From Arcobacter sp. (lineage in GTDB: Bacteria; Campylobacterota; Campylobacteria; Campylobacterales; Arcobacteraceae): DNA of 31,121 nucleotides. Position 1 is the stretch's first letter, and each line of letters opens with the position of its first letter. Below the pieces are notes generated by a model. The model was not told where the DNA came from and did not search any database. It was given only the letters and a program-made list of their open reading frames with translations. Below are positions 1-8,488 of this stretch, piece by piece. The DNA lies in NCBI GenBank assembly GCA_965662175.1, contig CBFIGT010000014.1, positions 1-31,121 of the forward strand. Direction: 5' to 3'. The position numbers were made by a program, and so were the translations under genes.

Positions 1-128
1 TTATGCATGATATTGTTGAAGATACTATTTGGACTGAATACGAAAAACTTCCAGTTATTAGTCAAGAAATTATTGTTGCTATGAAAGATGTAACTGATTT
101 CAAAGAACAACACCCTTTTTTAAAGTAG
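1..128 (+). CDS. 3' part (5' truncated by window) of Rop-like / CCE_0567-family nif-associated small protein
   Basis: Frame from nt 3 reads MHDIVEDTIWTEYEKLPVISQEIIVAMKDVTDFKEQHPFLK* (TAG 126-128). The HDxxED motif and helical pattern resemble the CCE_0567/DUF683 family; it lies in the same operon as nifQ. Confidence 0.6.
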   Translation, partial: MHDIVEDTIWTEYEKLPVISQEIIVAMKDVTDFKEQHPFLK

Positions 129-134
129 TTTAAA

Positions 135-377
135 ATGGAAGATTTAAAAAATAAGATAATATGTGAATGTGGAGAGAAAACAATTCTTGATGCAGTGAAG
201 ATATTTGAAAATACTGATCTTCCATATAAGAAAGCAAAAAAACTAGTAACAGGTTGTAATAAAACTTGTTGTAGAAAACCACTAATGGCACTTTTTAATA
301 TGGTTGACTTTGGATTTGTTGATTATGATGAGGTATCATTTTTAATTGATGCCATGAATGATAGGATGAGAGGTTAA
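135..377 (+). CDS. BFD-like [2Fe-2S]-binding small protein, nif-cluster associated
   Basis: 80 aa with ICECG near the N-terminus and GCNKTCC about 30 aa later, the BFD-like CxC...C spacing. Confidence 0.7.
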   Translation: MEDLKNKIICECGEKTILDAVKIFENTDLPYKKAKKLVTGCNKTCCRKPLMALFNMVDFGFVDYDEVSFLIDAMNDRMRG

Positions 378-378
378 A

Positions 379-1371
379 ATGAAAACTGAAATAGAAGACT
401 TTATAAGATGGGTTCATTCAAATGGATTAAACTCTTTTATCTCTACTCATATTGATGATATAAAGGGTATGACTCATCTTGATTTATCAAAAAAGAAGAT
501 TAGAGAACTTCCTGAGACTTTTAGTGTCTTAGAAAATTTAACAGTGTTGAAAATTTCTAATAATAGATTAAAAAAACTTCCTAAATGTATTGGAAGTTTT
601 AAATATTTAAAGAATCTTCAATGTGAAAATAATCTATTAGAAGAGATACCTGAAAGTTTAGGTGATTTACCAAAATTAATGATTTTAAATCTTAATGGAA
701 ATAGATTAAAATCTTTACCTGAAAATCTTTATAATTTAAAAAGTTTAACAAGATTAACATTAGCTGCAAATAAGATTGAGAGTTTATCTGCTAGTTTAGA
801 AAAACTATCAAAACTACTCTATTTTTCACTTGATACAAATGAGTTAAGTGAATTACCCGATAGTTTTTCAAAAATGAAATCTCTTTATTACTTAGATGTA
901 TCTTTTAATAATCTTAAAAAACTTCCTAAATCAATCTCTTTAATAGAGGAGTTACAAACACTTTTATTAGAGGGAAATAAAATAGATGATTTACCCTCAT
1001 TGGAATCTCATGATATGCTTATAAAACTTGATTTAAGTGATAACTCTTTGAAATCACTCAATTTTAATATAAGTAAATTAGAGGATTTAAAAATACTTAT
1101 TTTGGACAACAACTTTTTAACAGCACTTCCCGATGAAGTTTGCCTATTAGAAAATTTAGACCATTTAAGTATTAGCTCTAATGAGTTAATAAAGCTTCCA
1201 AAAGATATTGGAAAGCTTAGTAAGTTAGAAGAGTTGGATATTGAAGATAATAATATAAAAGTTTTACCTGAATCATTTTACAACTTAAAAAACTTAAAAA
1301 ATTTATATCTAGCTAATAATAATGGTTTGAAAAAACCTGAGGGAATGGAATTTGAATATTGTGATTTATAA
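379..1371 (+). CDS. Leucine-rich repeat protein (about 13 repeats of 23 aa)
   Basis: Repeating LxxLxLxxNxLxxLPxx(I/L)xxL units through nearly the whole 330 aa; starts 1 nt after the previous stop. Confidence 0.92.
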   Translation: MKTEIEDFIRWVHSNGLNSFISTHIDDIKGMTHLDLSKKKIRELPETFSVLENLTVLKISNNRLKKLPKCIGSFKYLKNLQCENNLLEEIPESLGDLPKLMILNLNGNRLKSLPENLYNLKSLTRLTLAANKIESLSASLEKLSKLLYFSLDTNELSELPDSFSKMKSLYYLDVSFNNLKKLPKSISLIEELQTLLLEGNKIDDLPSLESHDMLIKLDLSDNSLKSLNFNISKLEDLKILILDNNFLTALPDEVCLLENLDHLSISSNELIKLPKDIGKLSKLEELDIEDNNIKVLPESFYNLKNLKNLYLANNNGLKKPEGMEFEYCDL

Positions 1372-1383
1372 AAGGAGTTTGTT

Positions 1384-1704
1384 ATGAGAGATTATGATTT
1401 AATGGAAAAAGAGATTTTAGAGCTTTTAACAGCTCACGCTAATGATAGATATTCAAAAGAGATATTAGCACCTTGGATATCAAAAACTTCACTAAAAATG
1501 GGTCATTTATACTCTGATTTAGGATTAGAAAGTAGAGAAGCTATGGGTAAATTTATGAGTGCAAATTTTAGCTCACTAGCAAAACTTAAACCAAATGATG
1601 TTAGATGGAAAAAATATTTATATGATTGTATTGGTAAAACAGCGCCCGCTTGTGCTAAGTGCAATGATATTACAAACTGTTTTCAATGCTCCCTTGCTTC
1701 ATAA
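1384..1704 (+). CDS. nifQ: Nitrogen fixation protein NifQ (Mo donor for FeMo-co), short form
   Basis: HLYSDLGLESR...FM...F..LA......RWKKYLY matches the NifQ core; Cys-rich C-terminal APACAKCNDITNCF; SD AAGGAG upstream. Confidence 0.85.
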   Translation: MRDYDLMEKEILELLTAHANDRYSKEILAPWISKTSLKMGHLYSDLGLESREAMGKFMSANFSSLAKLKPNDVRWKKYLYDCIGKTAPACAKCNDITNCFQCSLAS

Positions 1705-1798
1705 TATAAAAAAGTTTTTAATTTTTTATATATTTTTAAGTTAAATTCATTATTATTTCTCTCATGACCCTCCTAAATTAATATTTTAGGAGTACATA

Positions 1799-1909
1799 AT
1801 GAATAAATTAGTAAATAAATTTACAGAATTTAAGCGTGATTTTTTAATTGTATTTGCATTAGAGTTTACAATAATAGCAAGTACAGCAATTTTTATACTA
1901 GGAGAGTAA
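1799..1909 (+). CDS. Small hydrophobic protein, 36 aa (MNKLVNKFTEFKRDFLIVFALEFTIIASTAIFILGE), not in ORF track
   Basis: Strong SD AGGAG at 1788-1792, 6 nt before ATG 1799; basic N-terminus followed by about 20 mostly hydrophobic residues; TAA at 1907-1909. Confidence 0.55.
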   Translation: MNKLVNKFTEFKRDFLIVFALEFTIIASTAIFILGE

Positions 1910-1911
1910 AT

Positions 1912-2019
1912 ATGGATATGTCCAATTCAGACTATGATGTCTCGTACGTCACTTATAAATATAAATATAATTTTAAAAATTTAGAAAAAAAAGGAGGGTC
2001 ATTTAAAACCACTTTCTAA
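1912..2019 (+). CDS. Possible second small ORF, 35 aa (MDMSNSDYDVSYVTYKYKYNFKNLEKKGGSFKTTF)
   Basis: ATG 2 nt after the previous stop, preceded by AGGAGAG (1900-1906); no recognisable motif. Confidence 0.3.
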   Translation: MDMSNSDYDVSYVTYKYKYNFKNLEKKGGSFKTTF

Positions 2020-2032
2020 ATTTCTAAAATGA

Positions 2033-2059
2033 AGAGTGAATTAATTTATAATTCACTCT
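2033..2059. terminator. Hairpin, probable bidirectional terminator overlapping the rluA-like stop
   Basis: AGAGTGAATTA (2033-2043) / TAATTCACTCT (2049-2059), a perfect 11-bp stem between convergent units. Confidence 0.5.
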
Positions 2060-2948
2060 CAAACTTTTCAAAGATATCTTTATCTTTTGACTCTATTTTA
2101 TATAGTTCACCCTCAAACTCAAATTCCAAATAATTAGCATGTAACCAAAGTCTATCAGAACCACTTAACTCAACTCTTTTTTCATGGGCTAGTGTTTTAT
2201 TTAAATAAGAATCAACGCTAACATCATCAATATCATAAATAGGGTCTCCATAAATTGTATGACCAATTGAATAAAGATGAACTCTTATTTGATGTTGTCT
2301 TCCTGTTATTGGTATAGCTTCAACCAAAGTAAGATTTTTCTTTGCATTGTATTTAATTGGATTTATAATAGTAACAGAGTCTTTCCCCCCATCACCTGCT
2401 TTCATTCTAACACCAATAGCTCCATTTTCCCTTGTGATTTTTTTATCAATTGTAATTGACTCTTTTATTTCACCCTTTACAATGGCTAAATATGATTTTT
2501 TATATTTTTTTTCTTGGAACATATTTTTTAATTGTGCCTCAATTTCTCTATCTTTTGCACACATAATTAATCCAGATGTTTCCATATCTATTCTATGTAC
2601 TAAATTGGCATCATCCCCAAAATGAAACCTAACTTCATCAAGTAAAGAGTATTTTGTATGTTTACTTATAGGATGTACCATAAGTCCTGAAGGTTTATCA
2701 AATATAGCAAAATTTGCTGTATCATACATAGGTTTTAAGCCTTGAGTATGCCCCTCAAATTGTGCTATAAAAATAGTATCTGATTTTATTATTTTTCCAT
2801 AATGAAAAGCTTCATTATTTTCATCAAAAACTCTTCCTTTAGATAAAGACTTTTGCGCTGTAGACGTCTGTATACGTAGGTTTTTTACTAAATGGATTTG
2901 TATTTTTTCACCTATTAAGGCTGGATATTTTTTTAAAACAAATGGCAA
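2046..2948 (-). CDS. RluA/RluD-family RNA pseudouridine synthase
   Basis: Motifs DKPSGLMVHP, catalytic HRIDMETSG, ITGRQHQIRVHL, GDPIY, LWLHA. Confidence 0.93.
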   Translation of the reverse strand: MPFVLKKYPALIGEKIQIHLVKNLRIQTSTAQKSLSKGRVFDENNEAFHYGKIIKSDTIFIAQFEGHTQGLKPMYDTANFAIFDKPSGLMVHPISKHTKYSLLDEVRFHFGDDANLVHRIDMETSGLIMCAKDREIEAQLKNMFQEKKYKKSYLAIVKGEIKESITIDKKITRENGAIGVRMKAGDGGKDSVTIINPIKYNAKKNLTLVEAIPITGRQHQIRVHLYSIGHTIYGDPIYDIDDVSVDSYLNKTLAHEKRVELSGSDRLWLHANYLEFEFEGELYKIESKDKDIFEKFESEL

Positions 2949-3084
2949 GATTACTTCCTCAAATTAAGTCAAAATTTATTCAAATTTAATATATATCTAT
3001 AAGTAAATTGGATAACATATCATATTAAAAAAATGAGAAATTTTTGATAAAAGTTCAAAAGTATTGATAATAAGGGAATCGTAA

Positions 3085-4413
3085 ATGGTAGAAAGATACG
3101 CAAGAGAAGAGATGACACAACACTGGACACAACATGCAAGATATGCAGCTTGGCTTGAAGTTGAAAAAGCAGCTGTTAAAGCTTGGAATAAATTAGGTCT
3201 TATACCAGATTCTGATTGTGAAAAAATTGTTAAAAATGCTACTTTTTCAGTGGAAAGAATTGAAGAGATAGAAGCTGTTACAAAACATGATTTAATTGCT
3301 TTTAATACAAGTGTTTCAGAATCATTAGGTGATGAATCAAGATGGTTTCACTATGGAATGACTTCTTCAGATGCTGTTGATACAGGTGTTGCATTACAAA
3401 TGAGAGCTTCATTAAATATTGTTATAGAAGATGTAAAAATGTTAATGGACTCTATTAAAAAAAGAGCAAATGAACATAAAATGACTCTTATGGTAGGACG
3501 AAGCCATGGTATTCATGGTGAGCCTATTACTTTTGGTTTAACTTTAGCTGTTTGGTATGATGAAATGGCTAGACATTTGTTAAATTTAGAGCAAACAATG
3601 GAAGTTATTTCTGTTGGTCAAATCTCTGGAGCTATGGGTAACTTTGCTCACGCACCACTTGAACTTGAAGAGTTAGCAATGGCTGAACTTGGACTTAAAC
3701 CTGAACCTTGTTCAAATCAAGTTGTACATAGAGATAGATATGCTAGACTTGCAACTGCATTAGCTTCTATGGCTTCTTCAATAGAAAAATTTGCGGTACA
3801 AGTGCGACACTTACAAAGAACAGAAGTTTATGAGTGTGAAGAGTATTTTGCAAAAGGTCAAAAAGGGTCTTCAGCAATGCCACATAAAAGAAACCCTATT
3901 TTAACTGAAAATATTACAGGTCTTGCACGTATGATTAGAGCTTATGCAATTCCAGCTATGGAAAATGTTGCCTTATGGCACGAAAGAGATATTTCTCATA
4001 GTTCAACTGAAAGATTTTGGTTACCTGATGCTTTTATCACAACTGACTTTATGTTACATAGAATGAATAATGTAATTGCAAACTTAACTGTTATGCCTGA
4101 AAATATGATGAAAAACTTAAATCAAACTGGTGGATTAGTATTTTCTCAAAGAGTATTACTAGAGCTTCCAAAAGCTGGAGTTTCAAGAGAAGATGCATAT
4201 AGAATTGTACAAAGAAATGCAATGAAAGTTTGGGAAGAGATTAGCCAAGGAAAAGCTACAACAAATGAAAAAGGTGAGTCTTTATACTTACAATATCTAT
4301 TAGGTGATGAAGAGTTAAGAAATTCATTATCAGAAGAACAAATTAGAGAGTGTTTCAACTTTGATTATTATACTAAAAATGTTGATGCAATTTTTAACAG
4401 AGTTTTCAAATAA
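3085..4413 (+). CDS. purB: Adenylosuccinate lyase
   Basis: MVERY start, HYGMTSSD, GRSHGIHGEP, fumarate-lyase signature GSSAMPHKRNP, WHERDISHS. Confidence 0.97.
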   Translation: MVERYAREEMTQHWTQHARYAAWLEVEKAAVKAWNKLGLIPDSDCEKIVKNATFSVERIEEIEAVTKHDLIAFNTSVSESLGDESRWFHYGMTSSDAVDTGVALQMRASLNIVIEDVKMLMDSIKKRANEHKMTLMVGRSHGIHGEPITFGLTLAVWYDEMARHLLNLEQTMEVISVGQISGAMGNFAHAPLELEELAMAELGLKPEPCSNQVVHRDRYARLATALASMASSIEKFAVQVRHLQRTEVYECEEYFAKGQKGSSAMPHKRNPILTENITGLARMIRAYAIPAMENVALWHERDISHSSTERFWLPDAFITTDFMLHRMNNVIANLTVMPENMMKNLNQTGGLVFSQRVLLELPKAGVSREDAYRIVQRNAMKVWEEISQGKATTNEKGESLYLQYLLGDEELRNSLSEEQIRECFNFDYYTKNVDAIFNRVFK

Positions 4414-4443
4414 AAAAATAATAAACTATTAAGAGGTAATCTT

Positions 4444-6828
4444 ATGGCACTAATGATTCAAAAGAGAAATGGAAGAAAAGAGGTTTTAGATATTACTAAA
4501 ATCCAGAAAATGACGATAGAAGCAACTAATGGACTTGATGGTGTAAGTCAAAGTGAATTAGAGCTTGATGCACATATAAAATTTATTGATGGAATGAGTT
4601 CATCTGATATTCAAGATGCTTTAATAAAAACTGCAATTGAAAAGATTGATATTGATGTACCAAATTGGACATTTGTAGCGGCAAGATTGTTTTTATTTGA
4701 TTTATATCATAAAGTAGGAAGAGCTACAAATGGTATAAAAGGTGAAGCTTATTGCCATATTAAAGATTATATTAAAATCGCACAAGATGCAGGAAGAATG
4801 ATACCATCTTTAGAAGAGGGTTATGATTTAGAAGATTTAAATAGTTATATTGACCAATCTAGGGATTTTCAATTTAACTATTTAGGTATTAAAACACTTT
4901 ATGATAGATATCTAATCAAAGATAGAAATTCAGAGCCAATCGAACTACCACAACATATGTTTATGGGAATTGCAATGTTCTTAGCTCAAAATGAAGAGAA
5001 TAAACAACAAAGAGCAAAAGAGTTTTATGATGTTGTTTCTAAATTTGAAGTTATGTTAGCAACTCCAACACTATCGAATGCTAGAACAAATAGACATCAA
5101 TTAAGTTCATGTTATATAGGTTCAAGTCCTGATAATATTGAGGGAATTTTTGATGGATATAAAGAGATGGCACTATTATCTAAATATGGTGGTGGTATTG
5201 GTTGGGATTGGAACCAAATTAGAAGTTTAGGTGGTGCTATTGATGGACATAAAAGTGCAGCTGGTGGTACTGTTCCATTTTTAAAAATCACAAATGATAT
5301 TGCAATTGCTGTTGATCAATTAGGTACAAGAAAAGGTGCTATTGCTGTTTATTTAGAACCTTGGCATATGGATATTTCTGATTTCCTTGATTTAAAGAAA
5401 AATTCAGGTGAAGAGAGACGAAGAGCTCATGATTTATTTCCAGCACTTTGGATTTGTGATTTGTTTATGCAAAGAATTGTGGATGATTCACATTGGACAC
5501 TATTTGACCCATGTGAAGTTAAAGATTTATCTGAACTTCATGGTGATGCCTTTGAAAAAAGATATGTAGAGTATGAAAACGATGATTCTATTACAAAAGA
5601 GAGAATTAAAGCAAAAGATTTATGGAAAAAGATTTTGACATCATATTTTGAATCAGGAAGTCCTTTCTTATGTTTTAAAGATAATGCAAATAGAGCAAAT
5701 CCAAATGCACACGCAGGACATATTAGAAGTTCAAATTTATGTACGGAGATTTTCCAAAATACAAATCCAAACTCTTATAAAATCAAACTAGAGTTTGAAG
5801 ATGGAACAATTACAACTCATGAAGAAGAGGAGTTGATAAAAGTTGATACAGGAATTGTAAAAAAAGCAAATAAAGTTACAGCTTTAGACTCTATAGGTGG
5901 TAAAAAAATCTTTATAGTTGAAAAAGAGAAAACAGATGGAGATACAGCTGTTTGTAACTTAGCATCTATTAACTTAAGTAAAATACATACAAAAGAGGAT
6001 ATTGAAAGAGTAGTTCCAACAGCTATTAGAATGCTTGATAATGTTATTGACTTAAATTTCTATCCACTTAGAAAAGTAAAAGCTACAAACTTAAAATCAA
6101 GAAGTATTGGTTTAGGTGTTATGGGTGAATCTCAAATGTTAGCTGAAGAGAAACTTGTTTGGGGTTCAAATGAACACTTTAAAAAGATTGATTCTGTTAT
6201 GGAGGCAATTTCATATAATGCAATTAAATCAAGCTCTGATTTAGCAATTGAAAAGGGTGTTTATCCAACTTTTGATGGTTCAAACTGGTCAAAAGGAATT
6301 ATGCCACATGACCATGCTCCACAAGCTGTAAATGCTTTAGTAAACAAAGATCTGTTTGATGCTGGATATGATTGGGATAGCTTAAGAGAAAAAGTTAAAA
6401 AAGATGGTATGAGAAATGGTTATTTAATGGCTATTGCTCCAACTTCATCTATCTCTATTTTAGTTGGAACTACACAAGCTATTGAACCTGTGTATAAAAG
6501 AAAATGGTATGAAGAGAATTTATCAGGACTTATTCCTGTGGTTGTACCAAAGCTAAGTCCAGAAACATGGTCTTATTATACACCTGCTTATGAAGTTGAC
6601 CAATTAGATATTGTAAAAGCAGCAGCTGTTAGACAAAAATGGATAGACCAAGGTCAAAGTACAAATATTTTCCTAAGCTTAGATAAGGCAAGTGGAAAAT
6701 ATATGCACCAAATCTATACATTAGCATGGCAGTTAGGTTTAAAATCAACTTATTATCTAAGAAGTCAATCTCCTGAAGCTGCAAATGATGTTGAAGATAG
6801 ATCTATGGAGTGTTCAGGTTGTCAGTAG
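4444..6828 (+). CDS. nrdA: Ribonucleoside-diphosphate reductase class Ia, alpha subunit
   Basis: N-terminal ATP-cone (IQKRNGRKE), ATPTLSNA, LSSC, NLCTEI catalytic motif, CNLASINL, APTSSIS, LKSTYY, C-terminal CSGCQ. Confidence 0.97.
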   Translation: MALMIQKRNGRKEVLDITKIQKMTIEATNGLDGVSQSELELDAHIKFIDGMSSSDIQDALIKTAIEKIDIDVPNWTFVAARLFLFDLYHKVGRATNGIKGEAYCHIKDYIKIAQDAGRMIPSLEEGYDLEDLNSYIDQSRDFQFNYLGIKTLYDRYLIKDRNSEPIELPQHMFMGIAMFLAQNEENKQQRAKEFYDVVSKFEVMLATPTLSNARTNRHQLSSCYIGSSPDNIEGIFDGYKEMALLSKYGGGIGWDWNQIRSLGGAIDGHKSAAGGTVPFLKITNDIAIAVDQLGTRKGAIAVYLEPWHMDISDFLDLKKNSGEERRRAHDLFPALWICDLFMQRIVDDSHWTLFDPCEVKDLSELHGDAFEKRYVEYENDDSITKERIKAKDLWKKILTSYFESGSPFLCFKDNANRANPNAHAGHIRSSNLCTEIFQNTNPNSYKIKLEFEDGTITTHEEEELIKVDTGIVKKANKVTALDSIGGKKIFIVEKEKTDGDTAVCNLASINLSKIHTKEDIERVVPTAIRMLDNVIDLNFYPLRKVKATNLKSRSIGLGVMGESQMLAEEKLVWGSNEHFKKIDSVMEAISYNAIKSSSDLAIEKGVYPTFDGSNWSKGIMPHDHAPQAVNALVNKDLFDAGYDWDSLREKVKKDGMRNGYLMAIAPTSSISILVGTTQAIEPVYKRKWYEENLSGLIPVVVPKLSPETWSYYTPAYEVDQLDIVKAAAVRQKWIDQGQSTNIFLSLDKASGKYMHQIYTLAWQLGLKSTYYLRSQSPEAANDVEDRSMECSGCQ

Positions 6829-6903
6829 GATAACTTGACATTTTATATCTATAAAAGAGTATAACTATTTAATATAATGACAAAAAGAATATAAGGGAAC
6901 AAA

Positions 6904-7923
6904 GTGGCAAGAAAAGTAATATATAATCCAGAGTCAAAAGAGTCACTAAATGATAGAAGAATATTTGGTGGAAATCCTGATGGAATGATAAATTTCACAA
7001 GAATGAAGTATCAATGGGCTCTAAATCTTTGGGATACAATGGAAGCAAATACTTGGTTTCCTAAAGAAGTTCAGATGACAGCAGATGCAAAAGATTATAA
7101 ATATCTAACTCCTGCTGAAAAAAGAATGTATGATTTAGTTTTATCTCAACTTATTTTTATGGATTCACTACAAACAAATAACTTGATGGATAATATTAAT
7201 CCATATATAACGGCACCTGAGGTAAATGCATGCCTTTCAAGACAATCTTATGAAGAAGCAAATCATAGTAAATCATATGCTGTTATGGTTGAATCAATCT
7301 CTGATAATACAGACAAAATCTATGATATGTGGAAAAATGATAGTAAACTAAGAGAAAAGAATGATTATATAGCAGGTGTTTATAAAAATCTTTCAGGTGA
7401 TTTAAGTGATGAAAAAATAGTATTAGCAATGTTTGCTAATCAAATTTTAGAGGGTTTATACTTTTATGCAGGATTTGCAGCTATGTATGCCTTAGGAAAA
7501 TCAGGAAAAATGCTAGGGAGTTCTCAAATGATTAAATTCATCCAAAGAGATGAAGTTACTCACCTTTTACTTTTCCAAAATATGATTAACTCCACAAGAA
7601 AAGAGAGACCTGATTTATTTACACCTGAGTTAGAAGCACAAGTTAGAGCAATGTTTAGAAAAGCAGTTGATTTAGAAGCTTCGTGGGGTTCATATATAAC
7701 ACAAGGTCAAATCTTAGGTTTTACAGATGGAATCATAAGACAGTATATTGAGTATCTAGCTGATAAAAGATTAGATGCAGTTGGATATAAACCAGAATAT
7801 AATGTAAAACATCCAATTCCATGGGTAGATGGATATTCAAGCTTCAATGACCAAAGAACAAACTTCTTTGAGGGTAATGTAGTAAATTATTCAAAAGGTT
7901 CAATTAATTTTGATGATTTTTAG
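6904..7923 (+). CDS. nrdB: Ribonucleoside-diphosphate reductase beta subunit
   Basis: W..KEV, metal ligands in [14 protein letters not shown] (radical Tyr retained), LEGLYFY, RDEVTH, NFFE..V.NY; GTG start after SD AAGGGA. Confidence 0.96.
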   Translation: MARKVIYNPESKESLNDRRIFGGNPDGMINFTRMKYQWALNLWDTMEANTWFPKEVQMTADAKDYKYLTPAEKRMYDLVLSQLIFMDSLQTNNLMDNINPYITAPEVNACLSRQSYEEANHSKSYAVMVESISDNTDKIYDMWKNDSKLREKNDYIAGVYKNLSGDLSDEKIVLAMFANQILEGLYFYAGFAAMYALGKSGKMLGSSQMIKFIQRDEVTHLLLFQNMINSTRKERPDLFTPELEAQVRAMFRKAVDLEASWGSYITQGQILGFTDGIIRQYIEYLADKRLDAVGYKPEYNVKHPIPWVDGYSSFNDQRTNFFEGNVVNYSKGSINFDDF

Positions 7924-7932
7924 GACCTATTT

Positions 7933-8364
7933 ATGGGTTCTAAAAATGATATAGAGTTAGGAGTTTTACCATTTTTTTTCAAACACTATTTTAGAAAAGA
8001 TTTTGATTCAAAAATAATTAAAATTACTAAAAGAAAGAAAAATAAAATTATTAAAGATAGGCCTTTTTTAACAAATGCTTTTGTTAAATCCAGTTTTCAA
8101 GATATTTTGAATAATACAATATGTATTTTAAAAAATGAAGAAGAAAGCGTATATGATTGCTTATCTAAAATAGTACTTCACATAAAAGATGAAAATGGTA
8201 AAAAAGAATTAAAAGAGAAGAAAGTCATTTATCATATTATGTCAGGGAAAAATTGTAATTTCATCAAAACAATATATGTAACAAATGAAAAACAAATTAG
8301 AAAAAGCTTTTGTGAATCAAAAGAATTGAAAATATTGAATAAAGAAGAGTTTATATCAAATTAA
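7933..8364 (+). CDS. Hypothetical basic protein; candidate PBECR (Barnase/EndoU/colicin E5-D/RelE-like) nuclease fold
   Basis: 143 aa, Lys-rich. By-eye match to the PBECR2/3-type layout: IKIT..K.NKI..DRP, FQDILNNTICI, beta-rich core, C-terminal NFIKTIY...KQIRK. The His residues usual in HI..rHp are absent. No profile search was run. Confidence 0.4.
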   Translation: MGSKNDIELGVLPFFFKHYFRKDFDSKIIKITKRKKNKIIKDRPFLTNAFVKSSFQDILNNTICILKNEEESVYDCLSKIVLHIKDENGKKELKEKKVIYHIMSGKNCNFIKTIYVTNEKQIRKSFCESKELKILNKEEFISN

Positions 8365-8473
8365 GAGGCGGGAGAGAACCTCCCCGCATCTTTCCTGAAC
8401 TGGTTACGCCCCGCATAAATGCTTAAAGTCCAAGGCACATGGAATCCCTAATTTCCACCTCTCTTAATTTTAT
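8358..8473 (-). ncRNA. Candidate structured non-coding RNA, about 110 nt, convergent with the 7933-8364 ORF
   Basis: 52 G+C in the 100 nt 8365-8464 against very AT-rich flanks. Ends pair: AAATTAAGAG 8358-8367 / CTCTTAATTT 8461-8470, or AGAGGCGG 8364-8371 / CCACCTCT 8455-8462, whose single mismatch becomes U-G only on the minus strand. Internal hairpins and a minus-strand TGnAATAAT box at 8488-8480. Confidence 0.55.
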
Positions 8474-8479
8474 AACGCA

Positions 8480-8488
8480 ATTATTACA
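8480..8488 (-). promoter_or_regulatory. Putative extended -10 promoter (TG-T-AATAAT) for the candidate ncRNA
   Basis: Minus strand reads TATGTAATAATTGCG; predicted start near 8473, just outside the terminal stem. Weak evidence in AT-rich DNA. Confidence 0.35.

Noticed and set aside
1704..1731. AT-only hairpin after nifQ as a terminator
   Set aside because: ATATAAAAAA/TTTTTTATAT stem has no G-C pairs; too weak to call with confidence.
1764..2002. 11-bp inverted repeats as terminal repeats of a MITE
   Set aside because: No flanking target-site duplication seen and no transposase nearby; overlap with an SD-sequestering hairpin favours an RNA-structure role. A multicopy search would be needed to exclude it fully.
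2277..2625. Plus-strand ORFs 2277-2459 and 2347-2625
   Set aside because: Antisense shadows of the well-supported pseudouridine synthase gene.
5750..5945. About 60-aa insert in NrdA between NLCTEI and CNLAS, considered as a possible intein
   Set aside because: No Cys/Ser start, no His-Asn end and no homing endonuclease motifs; too short; similar inserts are typical of Campylobacterota NrdA.
6904..7923. NrdB as a metal-free or Mn/Fe variant (class Ie/Ic)
   Set aside because: Asp first ligand, both ExxH motifs, the middle Glu and the radical Tyr are all present; ordinary class Ia.
8358..8470. Canonical tRNA/tRNA-Sec, SRP RNA or CRISPR repeat
   Set aside because: No TTCRA T-loop, no paired anticodon stem around CTTTAAG and no CCA end; lacks the SRP helix-8 consensus; only one 8-nt repeat pair.
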